DNA of 62,576 bases, filler included, from Asterionella formosa (GCA_002256025.1; 25 parts of 25 records of this genome joined end to end with filler, not necessarily neighbours in it); one strand, 5' to 3'; counted from the first letter of the whole stretch, positions 1 to 11,400 are shown. Notes: generated by a model not told the origin, from the letters alone. A program made the numbers and translations.

Positions 1-880
1 GATAATCAGAGCGATTCTCAGAGTCTGATCGGAACGTCCGTGGTGAACCATTGGTATCCATAGTATGGTCGCCTGACAGGTAGCTCCTTGTATAGGAGGA
101 ATGATGACCGCTGTCGTCTCGTCTACTTAGCAATGATTGGTTGAAAGGATCCAAGGAGCGCTCATTTGATCGATAGCTGCTGCTGCGGCTATAGGAATGA
201 TCGTCTGGGTCAACTGATCTCCTCGGTAACAATTCACCACGAGAGTCAAATGAGCGCGCATCGGATCGATGACTATGACCACTATAAACCGAGCGATCAC
301 CGGTGGTGACCATGGGACTCCTTGACAATGGAGCACCATTGGAGTCGATCGAAATGTCGTCGGAACAATGGCTCCTCGAGCTGACAATGGAGCGATCCGA
401 TGTGCCTTCTGGTCTCTTCTGATCATGACCGATGAAGGAATCGGCAGAATTCTCGTTCTTGTCAGAGCGATAACTACCAAGGGAGTATGCTGCATCGCTT
501 GCAGCAGCCGCACTCCTCGGAAGTGGCTCGCTGTCCCTCTCGACAGAGTGATCGCAAGATTGATTACTTTCGTTATTCAATGAATGATCTCTATCGAACG
601 CACTATGACGAGAACCGGCATTACTTTCTGGCGATGACTCTTTGTTTGAAGAATATTTCGAGGATCTGACAGAACCTGTGGAGTCCCGGTCCTTTGCAAC
701 ATCCGTCAAAACTGCGGAGGCGTCCAATACATTTGATCGATTTCCCCCACTATGGTCGGTCCGATAATCAGAGCGATTCTCAGAGTCTGATCGGAACGTC
801 CGTGGTGAACCATTGGTATCCATAGTATGGTCGCCTGACAGGTAGCTCCTTGTATAGGAGGAATGATGACCGCTGTCGTC
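1..880. repeat. 118-bp exact direct repeat (1-118 and 763-880) inside the coding region
   Basis: gataatcagagcgattctcagag...gaccgctgtcgtc occurs twice, 762 bp apart (in frame). Confidence 0.95.
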
Positions 881-2416
881 ACGACCGATAGGCAATGATT
901 TATCGAAAGGATCTATTGAATTGTAATTTGACCGATAGCTACTGCTGCGGCTGATGGTACGATCATCTCTGTCAACTTCTCTCCTCTGTAACAGAATGCC
1001 CTGATTCATTTGATCATCATCAGGATTAGCGGAAGAGGAAACATGGGACTGAGTTTCCGTATTGCCCAATCGATAGCTACGCCTGTAGCCATCTGACCAC
1101 AAACTCTCAGATTCATCGTCATTATTATCATTGCCCGCTAGGAAGGCATTACTTACTTCTATACCTTGCCCACTTTTCTCTTTTATAATATCTGCAGTAT
1201 CTTCATCAGATCTCCATGAACGTTCCTCGAAAATATCCTCTTTGTCGGGCTTGATATTATCGATCAAAGCGTCGTTGACGTATACTTGTTGAACAACATC
1301 ACATGTGCTATCATTTGCTGCTGGCAACGAGGCCATGGTTGTTTGATGTCCGTCATCAATTATATTCACATTGTCATTGACAATTTCTGGTTCGTTTTTC
1401 TTGATATAATTGTCGTGTGAAGGTTGCACACAAACTGTGTTGTTGGGGTTACTCACTTCTTCAGTCAATGGGATAGAGGTACTTTGGAAACCTGACAGGG
1501 GAATGGACGGCTCCTCTTCTGCTGATATATGGTGTAGATCCTCTTTTTTATTCTCAAAGTAGTTTGCTGGATAATATTGAGTTTCGTCCAATCGCTCACT
1601 TCCGTTGTAGAAAGAGTCCACATTGCTGCTGTAGGAGCTATAAGATCGATCACTTCCGCTATATGAAGAGTCATAATCGCTGCTAAAGGAGCGATCATCT
1701 TGGTCCGCAAGTTTCTTCGAAATGGGCTTACCATGAGAATCCAAAGAGTGGTAGTCAGACCGATCAGTTCCGCTATAGTAAGAGCTACCGTCGCCACTAT
1801 AGGAGTCGGATCGCGTGCTCCCACTGTAGAAGGACTGTTGATTGACGCCGCTGTAGGCGCCATCGTCCTTGGGAGCAAGTCTTCTAGGTAATGGGTCACC
1901 TTTGGAATCTAACGAGCGTATATCAGATCTATCACTCGGGTTCTGGAACGATTGTTCGTCAGCATCTTCGGGACTCACAGGCATTATTAGTGACTCGACA
2001 AATTCATTTTCATCCCGATAATAATCGTTTGGTTCTTTTAAAAACAAACTGGATTCATTTTCATCATCATTGTCCGATATCAGGTCAAGCTGAACAGAAG
2101 CAATTTTAGTTCTGTTGTTGTTTCGTTTCCTGTGACCATTGAAACGAATGCCGAAAATGGCCATGAGTAATCCTAGTACGCCTCCAATAGTAATTCCAAC
2201 TATGAGTGCTGTTGGGACGCCACTCGATCCTTCTGAAATGGGTGCCGAAGTTGGTTGTATCTCCAAAATGGAAGGAATGAGTGCAGATGGTTTATGTGAT
2301 GGAGCCTTGATGTTGCTTGAGATAGATGGTTGGGTAGAGCGATTGGGACGGAGCGATGGAGCAGCAATAATAGTTGGCATTTGTGTGGAATCAAAAATCG
2401 ATGAGGGGCTCCCTGT
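2..2416 (-). CDS. Partial single-pass (type I) membrane protein, ~805 aa, open at both contig ends: Pro/Ser/Thr stalk, TM helix, long Ser/Asp/Arg/Tyr-rich tail with internal repeats
   Basis: Manual translation of the minus strand from 2416 gave no stop to position 2: TGSPSSIFDSTQMPT...LIVGITIGGVLGLLMAIFGIRFNGHRKRNNNR...DIRSLDSKGDPLPRR...DSGHHSSYTRSYLSGDHTMDTNGSPRTFRSDSENRSDY. It is missing from the ORF track because it has no stop inside the window. Confidence 0.85.
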
Positions 2417-2516
2417 NNNNNNNNNNNNNNNNNNNNNNNNNNNNNNNNNNNNNNNNNNNNTTAATTAATTAANNNNNNNNNNNNNNNNNNNNNNNNNNNN
2501 NNNNNNNNNNNNNNNN
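2417..2516. other. Artificial contig linker (N-run + TTAATTAATTAA + N-run); first of 24 identical linkers spaced about every 2.5 kb
   Basis: Identical 100-nt structure with stops in all six frames; flanking contigs are nearly the same length and shrink gradually along the window. Confidence 0.99.
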
Positions 2517-2832
2517 GTCTCCTGCACAAATTCAGCTGTCCCAATTTCTTGGTTCAGCCCCCGAGGAGCTGCGGGTGGAACGACACTCCGTCGATTCCTA
2601 TAATTTGTCGAAGCACGTGTTTGTTTCGGCACTTTTTTGGTCTCCCCGTGCCCGGAACCGCATCTCGACCTGCCAGGCTTAGAGAGAGGTCCCGCGAGTA
2701 GTCATGATAGTGAATACTCAGGTGGGAGTGGGGTAGGAGACAGAACTCCAGTGCATGCCACCCATAGCATCAAGAATCCTATCCCACCCACCTAGTTTTG
2801 CCACATTTCGGTGAGATAGTTTAACCACGTTT

Positions 2833-2910
2833 ACCTGCCAAGGCACACATTGGCAACATCCGTGCCTCCTTCCACAGGCCTACTGATGGCACATCCCCTG
2901 CCCTCCTGGC
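2833..2910 (-). repeat. 78-bp copy of LINE RT coding sequence (matches 4180-4257) lying beyond the poly(A) tail
   Basis: Three mismatches versus 4180-4257, all at synonymous third positions; encodes ARRAGDVPSVGLWKEARMLPMCALAG. Confidence 0.9.
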
Positions 2911-2973
2911 CAGGGGAGGGGTCGCTGCACATGAAGAAACCCGGATTTTTTTCTGTAATAGAACTACAGCCAA

Positions 2974-4932
2974 GTTTTTTTTTTTTTTTTTTGGCTGTTC
3001 CAAGGCGCCAGGAGAAAACCTATCCGGCCGCTTTGCCCGCCTGCCCCATCGTTGTGGGGTGCTTGGGGGGCATCATGGGAGGATTCGAACTCCTCCCACC
3101 AGTTCACGTGTTCAGGAATGTGTTTGAGGCACCCCGTCATCCAATCATGTCCCAGTGTCCGGTGAGGCACCCCGCCCCTCTCACCTGGGCGAGGTAGTGT
3201 GAGACTTTCACTCACTAAAAACCTGTGTGCAGCCCCAGTCTTGACCAGTACGCGGTCTGCCCTACCCGTCGGGGCGTTGGCCCGTGGAGGTGTGTGGGAC
3301 CCCGTCAAATGCCTCACTTGCGTAAGACCCCCAACGGGACCTGATTATGTTAGCACGAAGGCTAACAACGCTCATCAGGAACCTGGCAAGGGTGGTGGCC
3401 CCTGCCGGGTTCCGTTCCATCTGGCTACCGTCCCCATCGGATGATGAGCTGTCAACCGAAGAGTCACAGTTTTGCTGTGCTGTGACTCCGGTTGGTTCAC
3501 CCATCATCCATCCATGTACCCAGCGGTTCTCACAACTCCCTCCGAGGAGCCATGCCAACCGTTGTTGGTCAAAACCGAGGGCGAAATTCGGCCCTAACGT
3601 CCGAACTTTCGCGATCAATTCTGCCATGTGTGGCTCGGTGCGTAGACCACGCCACCGACCACACGTGAACACTAAGTGTTCCAGCGTTTCTGGTTCCTCC
3701 ATACCACAAAATGGACACTTCCTCAAATACCTATGAGGCATTCGCTTCCACCCCACCAAGTTGGGGACAGTTACAAATGCCCCAATCCGACATCGAACTA
3801 TCAAAGCCAGTCCTGCTTGGTCGTTGGGACTGCCCCCCACACGTGACCGTGTGAGTGGATGCTTGTCAAATCCGGCTCCCTCATACCACACTGTGCGGGC
3901 CCCCGACGGACGAGTCAAGTTCCGTCGGATCCCACACTCTCTCTCCAAGATGCATGCTTTCACTACCTCAGCCAGTACCTTTGGTTCCAGGCTCTGCCAT
4001 CCAGCACCCAAGTACCTCTCCACAATAGATACCGGTGCATGGGGGAGCGCATAGCGTTTCAGCCAGCGCGGAACCCCTGAGCACCATGTCCATTTCTGAC
4101 TTCGGAATGGTCTTAGGACCAATTCCTGAAGCCAGGTTTTGAGACCCGAGGCCTTGGCATAAGCTCTGGCCCGTCGGGCACCCGCCAAGGCACACATTGG
4201 CAACATCCGTGCCTCCTTCCAAAGGCCTACTGATGGCACATCACCTGCCCTCCTGGCTCCAATGCTAGCCCTAAGGCATCGGTTCAGAAGAACCTGCATT
4301 TTGTCCGTAAGTTGACGGTTCATACCATACAGCTCAGCCCCAAAAAGGAGGCGGGGGGCAACTACTCCTGCAACAGTCAGCAAACGCATGGCCATTGGTA
4401 CCACCGGGCACCGTAGAAACGGTACCAAGGTGGCAACTGTGGCCCGCCCTTGCTTGACTCTATGGTCCACCATAGACGAGATAGACAGACCTGGTGTCAT
4501 GAGGACACCCAGATACATATATCTGTCCACAACAGGGAGTGGAAGTCCCTCCAGTTCCAGTCCAACCACATCTTGTCCAGGGACAAGCGGTTCGGTGGCC
4601 GAACCTGGGTCTGGCGGTAGGAATTCCATCAGCCCGCACTTCCCTATGCCCACACTCATCTCGTTAGCTGTAACCCAGTTGGTAACGTGCGTACAGAACC
4701 GTTTGGCCGCCTCCAGAGAGGGACAGATTCCGGCCGCATCATCAGCAAAGAGGGTACATCCTACTGTCAGTGTGGGTGTGGAGTTCCGCCATGTGCGACT
4801 GTCCCCAGTTGGTACCAGGGCACCGCTCTCCTCCGTCCCCACTGCCAAGTCATCAATGAAGATGTTGAACAGTATAGGCGAAAGAGGGCAACCCTGCCGC
4901 ACACCTCGCAACAGTCTGCAGGGGTCCGAGTA
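2974..4932 (-). mobile_element. Non-LTR retrotransposon (LINE), 3' part with GC-rich 3' UTR and poly(A) tail
   Basis: RT ORF ends at 3262, followed by an ~270-nt UTR and an A-tract (T-run at ~2974-2992 on +). A second near-identical copy lies at 31405-32552. Confidence 0.9.
3262..4932 (-). CDS. LINE reverse transcriptase (partial; 5' end off contig) with C-terminal zinc-finger (zf-RVT-like)
   Basis: RGVRQGCPLSPILFNIFIDDL, LFADDAAG, KCGLM, YMYLGV, CPFCGMEEPETLEHLVFTC. Confidence 0.95.
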   Translation of the reverse strand, partial: YSDPCRLLRGVRQGCPLSPILFNIFIDDLAVGTEESGALVPTGDSRTWRNSTPTLTVGCTLFADDAAGICPSLEAAKRFCTHVTNWVTANEMSVGIGKCGLMEFLPPDPGSATEPLVPGQDVVGLELEGLPLPVVDRYMYLGVLMTPGLSISSMVDHRVKQGRATVATLVPFLRCPVVPMAMRLLTVAGVVAPRLLFGAELYGMNRQLTDKMQVLLNRCLRASIGARRAGDVPSVGLWKEARMLPMCALAGARRARAYAKASGLKTWLQELVLRPFRSQKWTWCSGVPRWLKRYALPHAPVSIVERYLGAGWQSLEPKVLAEVVKACILERECGIRRNLTRPSGARTVWYEGAGFDKHPLTRSRVGGSPNDQAGLALIVRCRIGAFVTVPNLVGWKRMPHRYLRKCPFCGMEEPETLEHLVFTCGRWRGLRTEPHMAELIAKVRTLGPNFALGFDQQRLAWLLGGSCENRWVHGWMMGEPTGVTAQQNCDSSVDSSSSDGDGSQMERNPAGATTLARFLMSVVSLRANIIRSRWGSYASEAFDGVPHTSTGQRPDG

Positions 4933-5032
4933 NNNNNNNNNNNNNNNNNNNNNNNNNNNNNNNNNNNNNNNNNNNNTTAATTAATTAANNNNNNNNNNNN
5001 NNNNNNNNNNNNNNNNNNNNNNNNNNNNNNNN

Positions 5033-6064
5033 CCACCTTTTGCTTCTGCTGATTCACTATTCATTGAAAATATCTTGAATAGAAACTCATCACGTTGAGT
5101 TTTTACCTTTCTTTCAAGCATCATAACATGCTTCAGCTCAATGACAAGCTGAGCATTTGAAACATGCTTGTCATTCTTGGCGGCTTTTGCCCCCATGGGA
5201 CGCAACTCATACTTCAAATCATGGAGCTTCAATTTCGAATGATCCCGAACATAACCGCAACCACATTTCCACTTCGGGCTTCCTTTAAATCATGCCAACA
5301 CCCTTCGAAAATAAAATCTTTGCCTAGCCTTTTTCCTTTTCCTTCCAATTTAAATAGCTCCATAGCTTCTGCAATGTTTTTATCCTCCGTCTATCCCGAT
5401 TTTGGAACACTTGTCACCTGTGCAAAAAGGCCACAGAACTTTGTGACGTCTTGATTTATCGTTCCCCATCGAGCCGTGCATGCAATTGACGTCCACTCCT
5501 TGCCATCCATGATGAGACCTACATAGATCTCAAACACCCGGCCAAAAAACTTGCTTGCCTTCTGACCACCAGTCCCAGTGATTGAGTCTTCACTGGCTGC
5601 AACCCAGGAACAAGCAAGCGCCTCATCCTCTTCCTTCTCCCATGTAACACCTGAACCCATACTGACAAGGTTGAATATATTCTGCGTATATTTATGAGTC
5701 GACACCAAACACACACTCTGATGGCTGTTTTTGTACTAGTCTACATGAAGATTGTACCGAAAATGTATTGCAACTATTTATGCACTCATTAAACCATAAA
5801 CGTTAGGTTGTTGCCGGCGCAAGCCACAATTTAAACCAATAGAAATGCTTCTTTTATTTGGCTACGGCCGGAGTCTAATCGACCAAATACCTGATATTTG
5901 GTCGATAAGGGGGTCATCCTCGAACAAGACCAAAGCATATTTGGTCTTGGTCGATGCGGTGGCTAGAATATTTTTCCTTTTTTGACCAACACAACACATT
6001 ATGACGTGTAATGACTCCCAACTGCAATCGGCTTGGTATTTGGTCGATGCGATGGAGATGCTCT
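5033..6064 (-). mobile_element. PIF/Harbinger DNA transposon end with decayed Myb/SANT-like + NAM-associated ORF (ATG 5660, internal stop 5391)
   Basis: W-x-x-EED-x-x-L-x-x-SW...SED...Q-x-x-x-x-FF...RW-x-x-I-x-x-x-V-x-KF...F-x-F-x-x-CW-x-x-L pattern; Tourist/Harbinger-type TIR AGAGCATCTCCA at 6064-6053; subterminal ttggtcga repeats. Confidence 0.8.
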
Positions 6065-6868
6065 TTTACATAGTCAAATATGATCACCCAAATTAATGAA
6101 TTGGGTGCTGGCCCAATATGGGGTACCAGTTAAAAATGGCTCTGAGCCACTTAACTATATAATATTCACAATGTATACATAGATTTATTCTAATTTTCCA
6201 GTTATGACTATTTTTAGTACGACAAAGTTGTTCCTGATCTTGCGCCGGATACAACATTTCTAGTTGTCGATTAGGTCTTGTGTTTTAGAAAAATCAGATA
6301 TATGTGTCTGAAAGTAACGATCGGCCCAAAAGTGGCAAAAATATGATACCATTGAGCCAGCATCTCCTGGAAATACATGTATAAATTTGTGTAGAAAACT
6401 TAATATCTAACATATTTTTAGTTGCGTTTAACCGCCATGGACCATGTACTATAGCAATTAATGAATCAATTAGTCACTTCAACGTTAAAAAATGGAGCCA
6501 TATTTTTTATGTCAGAGATCGTAATTCACAGCAGAAACTGCTTCCGACACACCAAAAATTGAGGCAAATCGCAGTCATCTCATTAACAACGATGAAATCT
6601 TCAGCAAGAAAACAGCCTCAACCACCCAAAAAGTACAAGGTGATACCTATTTCTTTGGATAAGACTGTAGTGTCACTTTAAAAAAAATATATAGTAATGG
6701 AATTAGAAAGTTTGAAGGCAAATAACAATGAAAAAATACTATATGGTGGAATATCGATTATTGTTGCATCGAAGGCGGCGACACTGGCTTGTCAAACAAA
6801 ACCTATATTCCAGGACCATTTGTAGAAGCTAAATCAGGCGGGAAAGGCAACTAATTCACTAGTAGGAT

Positions 6869-6998
6869 CTGGTCAGAAACTGCAGAAAGGAACTTCTGCT
6901 TTTTTAACTAGGCTAAAAAGACTTGAAAATTTGGGGGAAATCTGTTTATTTGGCATAGTAAAAAAGCCGAAGTTCCTTTCTTCAGTTTTTCGTCAGAA
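6869..6998. repeat. Imperfect inverted repeat (~50-bp arms), probably inside a non-autonomous DNA element starting near 6126
   Basis: ctgcagaaaggaacttctgcttttttaactaggctaaa pairs with tttggcatagtaaaaaagccgaagttcctttcttcag. Confidence 0.7.
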
Positions 6999-8285
6999 GT
7001 TATATACTGATGCTATTTGAAAGTTACCTAGCTATGCATCTAAATCGCCATTAGACCCATCCAATGTTTAGCTATTGTCGTCCAAAAATTAGACAAAATC
7101 GGCCTTTTCTACGGTCGCCAAAATATCGGAATCAGAATTATTAAGTGCCGAAACGTCCTCATCATCGGAATGGAACTCGTGTGCCGGAATTTTTAGTCAT
7201 TAAATCTCCTGTCCAAAAAATTCCATTCTAAGTGCCCGCTTCCACAAATATAATATATGATTGGTGAACGTGAATTAAATTTTTGATTGGCCTGGTTTGC
7301 GAGGTCTTGCAAACCCACGCCGGCCACATTGGATAAACATGTAACATTTTCTTTGGTGTACTGACAGTACGGTACCAGGGTACTATACTTACGATGGGTA
7401 TCAGTAGATGATCATCATTGGACACATGCGTACCGCTCCATGAGTGNNNNNNNNNNNNNNNNNNNNNNNNNNNNNNNNNNNNNNNNNNNNTTAATTAATT
7501 AANNNNNNNNNNNNNNNNNNNNNNNNNNNNNNNNNNNNNNNNNNNNAGCACTGCCAGATGTTCCACCTCCTCGCTCTGCATGCTGCTGATGTCAGTATCC
7601 ATAAAGGCATTGCCAAGACAAGGAAGGGGTGGTTGGTGCATGCATCAAACCGATCTCAATGTCCAATTGATATAGAAACACAATAGCGACCAGTTATCGC
7701 ATGAACAGATGAGCTAAACTGAAGCAACAGTTGATGAGCAATACCTAATGGATTTACTTCCCTGCAGTTATTTACTGGTAAACGACTACAAAATCGAATC
7801 CACCAACTGACTATAAATAAAGCTCAAGCAATGAAAAAGTGGTTAAATAGAATGCTACAAGGAGACAAATTGTGTCCCTTTCTGGTCTTGATAGAGTGAT
7901 ACAGCCAACGCTGCTGAACGTCAATTTTGCACCGTCACATGTTTGGTGATTGGCGTGTAGAACGCCTTAGAGCCCTTAGTCGGCGAGGTGAATTTGCAAA
8001 GAAGAGTTTGAGCGAAACGTTTGAACTGCATAATAGCAGGAGTGAGTATGTTAGTTCAACCAGTCCAATGACGGGTAGCTTCAAACGTCTGAATAGACAT
8101 TGAAGGAGATGCAATGACAAAGAAATTAAAGATCCCTTTTTTCTTTTTTGGTAATAATAATATGCCTAGCGATAATAAATAAAGAAAGTGTGTGTGTGAA
8201 GGTGTGCAGGGATTGTTCAACAAGAGAAGTCGAATCAACCATGAATGAATATGTTGATACAAAAACAAGGAAACATAATTCTTGA

Positions 8286-9263
8286 TCAGAAAAAGTCTCC
8301 GAGTACATCGTCGACAGTATCGGCGGCTTGAGCCCACTCCAGTTCTGCATCGTAGTTGACTCGCTTGGGAGCCGTCACAGCAGAAAATGCAAGAGTGGAA
8401 GTGGAAGCAATCTTCTTGCAGCCATTGAGGGCATAATGAATAAGTGCAATGGCACATTCCTCTTCTTCAGTCTCGACAAACCAGCCGTAGCTATCTTTCG
8501 TTGAGGTCTCGGTATCAGACAACAGCCGGTCTGAGTTGGATCGAGTTAGGGAAGAAAGGTTCTCGCATGAAGAGTTGCTTACTGTTGCTGGAAGATGTGG
8601 AAAAGCAAGTGCAGCCGAAAAGGTGAACGTAGAAGGTTCACTCCCATCGCTAATAGAGCTAGAGACGCAGCGAAGCTGGTAGGAAAGAGAATCGACGCGG
8701 GACAGACGAGTGGTTGTCACAAGACTGTCTTTGGTCGTAGAAAAAGAACTTGATTCATCAAAAAAAGCAACAGCGCTTGGGGAGGCACATGGATCTTGCG
8801 AAACTCCTTCAGTCATGACCTTGAGGTTAGCAACAGACTTTCTGCATCGAGAGATCGATCGGGTCATCGAGACGCGACTCTTCTTGAACGAAGCTGTGGG
8901 GTCAAATCGAGAATCTTCACCTTGAGTAAGGTCATCAGCGCTGCTGTCGTTGGCACAAGCAATATCGGCGAACAGATCTGATAGAAACGCCGAGTTACAG
9001 GAGTTCAGGACAACTTCTCTACGATCATCATTAACAACTCTCTTGCGCAGGTTGAATCGAACACCAACACACGAAGGGCTGGGATCTTTCACTGGCTCGA
9101 GGATGTCGATGGACGAAGATAGACATGTGCTATTGGCTGAAGGGGCAGGATTCGTAATCGTAAGGCTAACACGTCGTGTACCATTGTGGCTTGCATGTTC
9201 GTCGTTGCTCTTGTTGTTCTCAGTCAAAGAAGCAGTCCCCATCGTGGTAGTTGACATGATCAT
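8286..9263 (-). CDS. Ser-rich hypothetical protein with conserved-looking C-terminus (SYGWFV...EWAQAADTVDDVLGDFF); start probably 9263 or 9257
   Basis: Long intact ORF. I recall this C-terminal motif from uncharacterised diatom proteins (unverified). Confidence 0.75.
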   Translation of the reverse strand: MIMSTTTMGTASLTENNKSNDEHASHNGTRRVSLTITNPAPSANSTCLSSSIDILEPVKDPSPSCVGVRFNLRKRVVNDDRREVVLNSCNSAFLSDLFADIACANDSSADDLTQGEDSRFDPTASFKKSRVSMTRSISRCRKSVANLKVMTEGVSQDPCASPSAVAFFDESSSFSTTKDSLVTTTRLSRVDSLSYQLRCVSSSISDGSEPSTFTFSAALAFPHLPATVSNSSCENLSSLTRSNSDRLLSDTETSTKDSYGWFVETEEEECAIALIHYALNGCKKIASTSTLAFSAVTAPKRVNYDAELEWAQAADTVDDVLGDFF

Positions 9264-10060
9264 CACGCTAAAGGGAAGTTTACTCTTCGACTGTAAGCAC
9301 AGCAAGCTTGCAAACAGAGAGATCGTATCTTCACCGAGAGAATCTGAGACAGACGAATTACATACAGGTACGAACGCAAACCTCTTCCTGTGGAGAAGAA
9401 ACAAGAAGAAAGTAAACGCACATTTTTACTGTTTCATTGTGTAGAATTCTACATATAAACATCTTACATCTAGGTTTGTATGTTCACGTACGTGAGTGCC
9501 GGTAGTAGCTAGCTAGTTTTCCTTTACTGGGAAATACAGCTAATTCTATCGCAGATGTTGCCACGTACTTTTCTTCGAGAGCTTTAGCGCTTATTTTATT
9601 ACAGTATGTGAGACAGCAACAGGAACGATTATTCCTACAGAATACCTCAGTACTGACGTCGCCCTCTTGTTCAGTTGGTCGGCGAAAGGTTCAGATGGGT
9701 GCAACCAATCAAAGCCATCCAATGCAATGCCGTGTAGACCCAACGATTTCTATTATGGAGTCCGCTTGACACCAAAAAAAAGATGGTATTCTGCAGCATT
9801 CCATGGTCTTCGGCCTACGACATTAGTGTTCGCATTGCACTTTCAGCATTATACTTATCAGGTAAAATATATTTATACACTTGAAGGGACTCGGAGTATG
9901 AATTTTTTATTTTTCAAGCTTACCTCCTACATACCGGTACAGTTGTGAACCTACCAGGGTNNNNNNNNNNNNNNNNNNNNNNNNNNNNNNNNNNNNNNNN
10001 NNNNTTAATTAATTAANNNNNNNNNNNNNNNNNNNNNNNNNNNNNNNNNNNNNNNNNNNN

Positions 10061-10799
10061 CTCCACCAGTCTGTGCACCTCGCATCATGGTGACACTAAT
10101 CATCTTGGCAAGTAAATCAAGGACCTGTTTACTACTTTGGGAGCTTTCAGTCCAGAGTGGGTTGATGAGGATAATTCCAAAGTTGCCGCAAAGGAAAGTG
10201 GACGAGCTCAAGGTGCCATACAGGCCAAAGCCAAGAAGATCGGTACTTATCGCCTCGACTGTTGTAATCCAAGCAGCAGAGCGAGCGGAGTTGATCCACT
10301 TATTGGTTGCACTGTGTGTCCTTGAATGGATCAAATGAACAACGAGACCCACCAGGATACTTGATATCCATCCGCTATGACGAATGATCATCACCGAGAC
10401 AGGATCAGCATTGTAGAGTCCAGGAATGATGACTCCTCGTGCAAGGACAGCGAGAAGGATATCTTTGACAGAGACTTCGTTTCCGATTCCAATGGCCGCA
10501 GCAGCGAGGACATGGGAGAACTCATGCAACGCCCCGAAGAGCAAGTACCAGGTCAAAATAGCCACATGAAGGGCTGTGTCCTCTGTCTTATATGCAAGAG
10601 GTCCTGATAGTTTTTCATCTCGGTATTGTTTCCGATTGATGCTACTGATGTGACTTGCACCATTCGAAGGCCTTGTAGTTCTACATAGCCTTGTCGGAAA
10701 GTGGTTTTGCAATATCTTCATGGACTTGCACCGATCGAATATCGAGTTAATATTGTTGCGCAATCCTTTTTTCGAAAAGATATTCATTATATTCGTCAT
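10061..10799 (-). CDS. 5' part of a protein with a HExxH membrane domain (peptidase M50-like) fused to a class-II glutamine amidotransferase (GlmS-like) domain
   Basis: LFGALHEFSHVLAA (10526-10512) in a hydrophobic helix, further TM segments, then FLCGNFGII (Cys at 10190-10188) and MMRGAQTGG, resembling the GATase-II CGIFG...RGxDxxG pattern. Exact start uncertain. Confidence 0.7.
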
Positions 10800-11400
10800 T
10801 TATTTTATTGATTTGACGGCTGTGACGATGATGAGTCCTGCCAATATATCAGGCTTTGCTTTGAGCTTTTCTGTTGTATTTTGCATCGCAAAGAAGTCTT
10901 TAACATCATGTGAATGTGGAGCACGTCATATTTGTCTTCACTGAAATTCTAGCGAAAAAACCCAAGCGGGAATGGTCCTTTCCTGGATTCGGCTATTCAT
11001 AAAAGCTATTCTTAGAAAATGCTGTCAAATACTTCATATAAAACTACATTGCACCATTCGAAGGCCTTGTAGTTCTACATAGCCTTGTCGGAAAGTGGTT
11101 TTGCAATATCTTCATGGACTTGCACCGATCGAATGTCGAGTTTTTATGGTTGCGCAATCTTTTTTTCGAAAAGATATATAATGTCCTCTTCTTTTTTTAT
11201 GGGTGCCATGAGGTTGAGTCTTTCCATTACATCATGATTTGCTTTGTCTATTGAATTTTGCATCGCAGATTCTTATATATATATATCATATGAAGATGAA
11301 CGCGATATTTTGTCATAAGTGATAATCTTGCGGAAAGGGCTTTTCCTGCATTCGGCTATTCATAATAAATAGCTATTCTGACATGCAGTCTGATATTTCA
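10655..11400. repeat. Tandem duplication (~394-bp period) of the gene's 5' end and upstream region
   Basis: ttgcaccattcgaaggccttgtag...caccgatcgaat is identical at 10655 and 11049, then the copies diverge progressively. Confidence 0.85.

Noticed and set aside
3060..3130. tRNA gene suggested by GTTCGAATCC
   Set aside because: No acceptor, D or anticodon arms could be folded; kept only as a B-box-like hairpin.
2833..4257. DGR-like template/variable repeat pair next to an RT
   Set aside because: The RT is LINE-type, and the three differences are synonymous rather than an adenine-specific diversification pattern.
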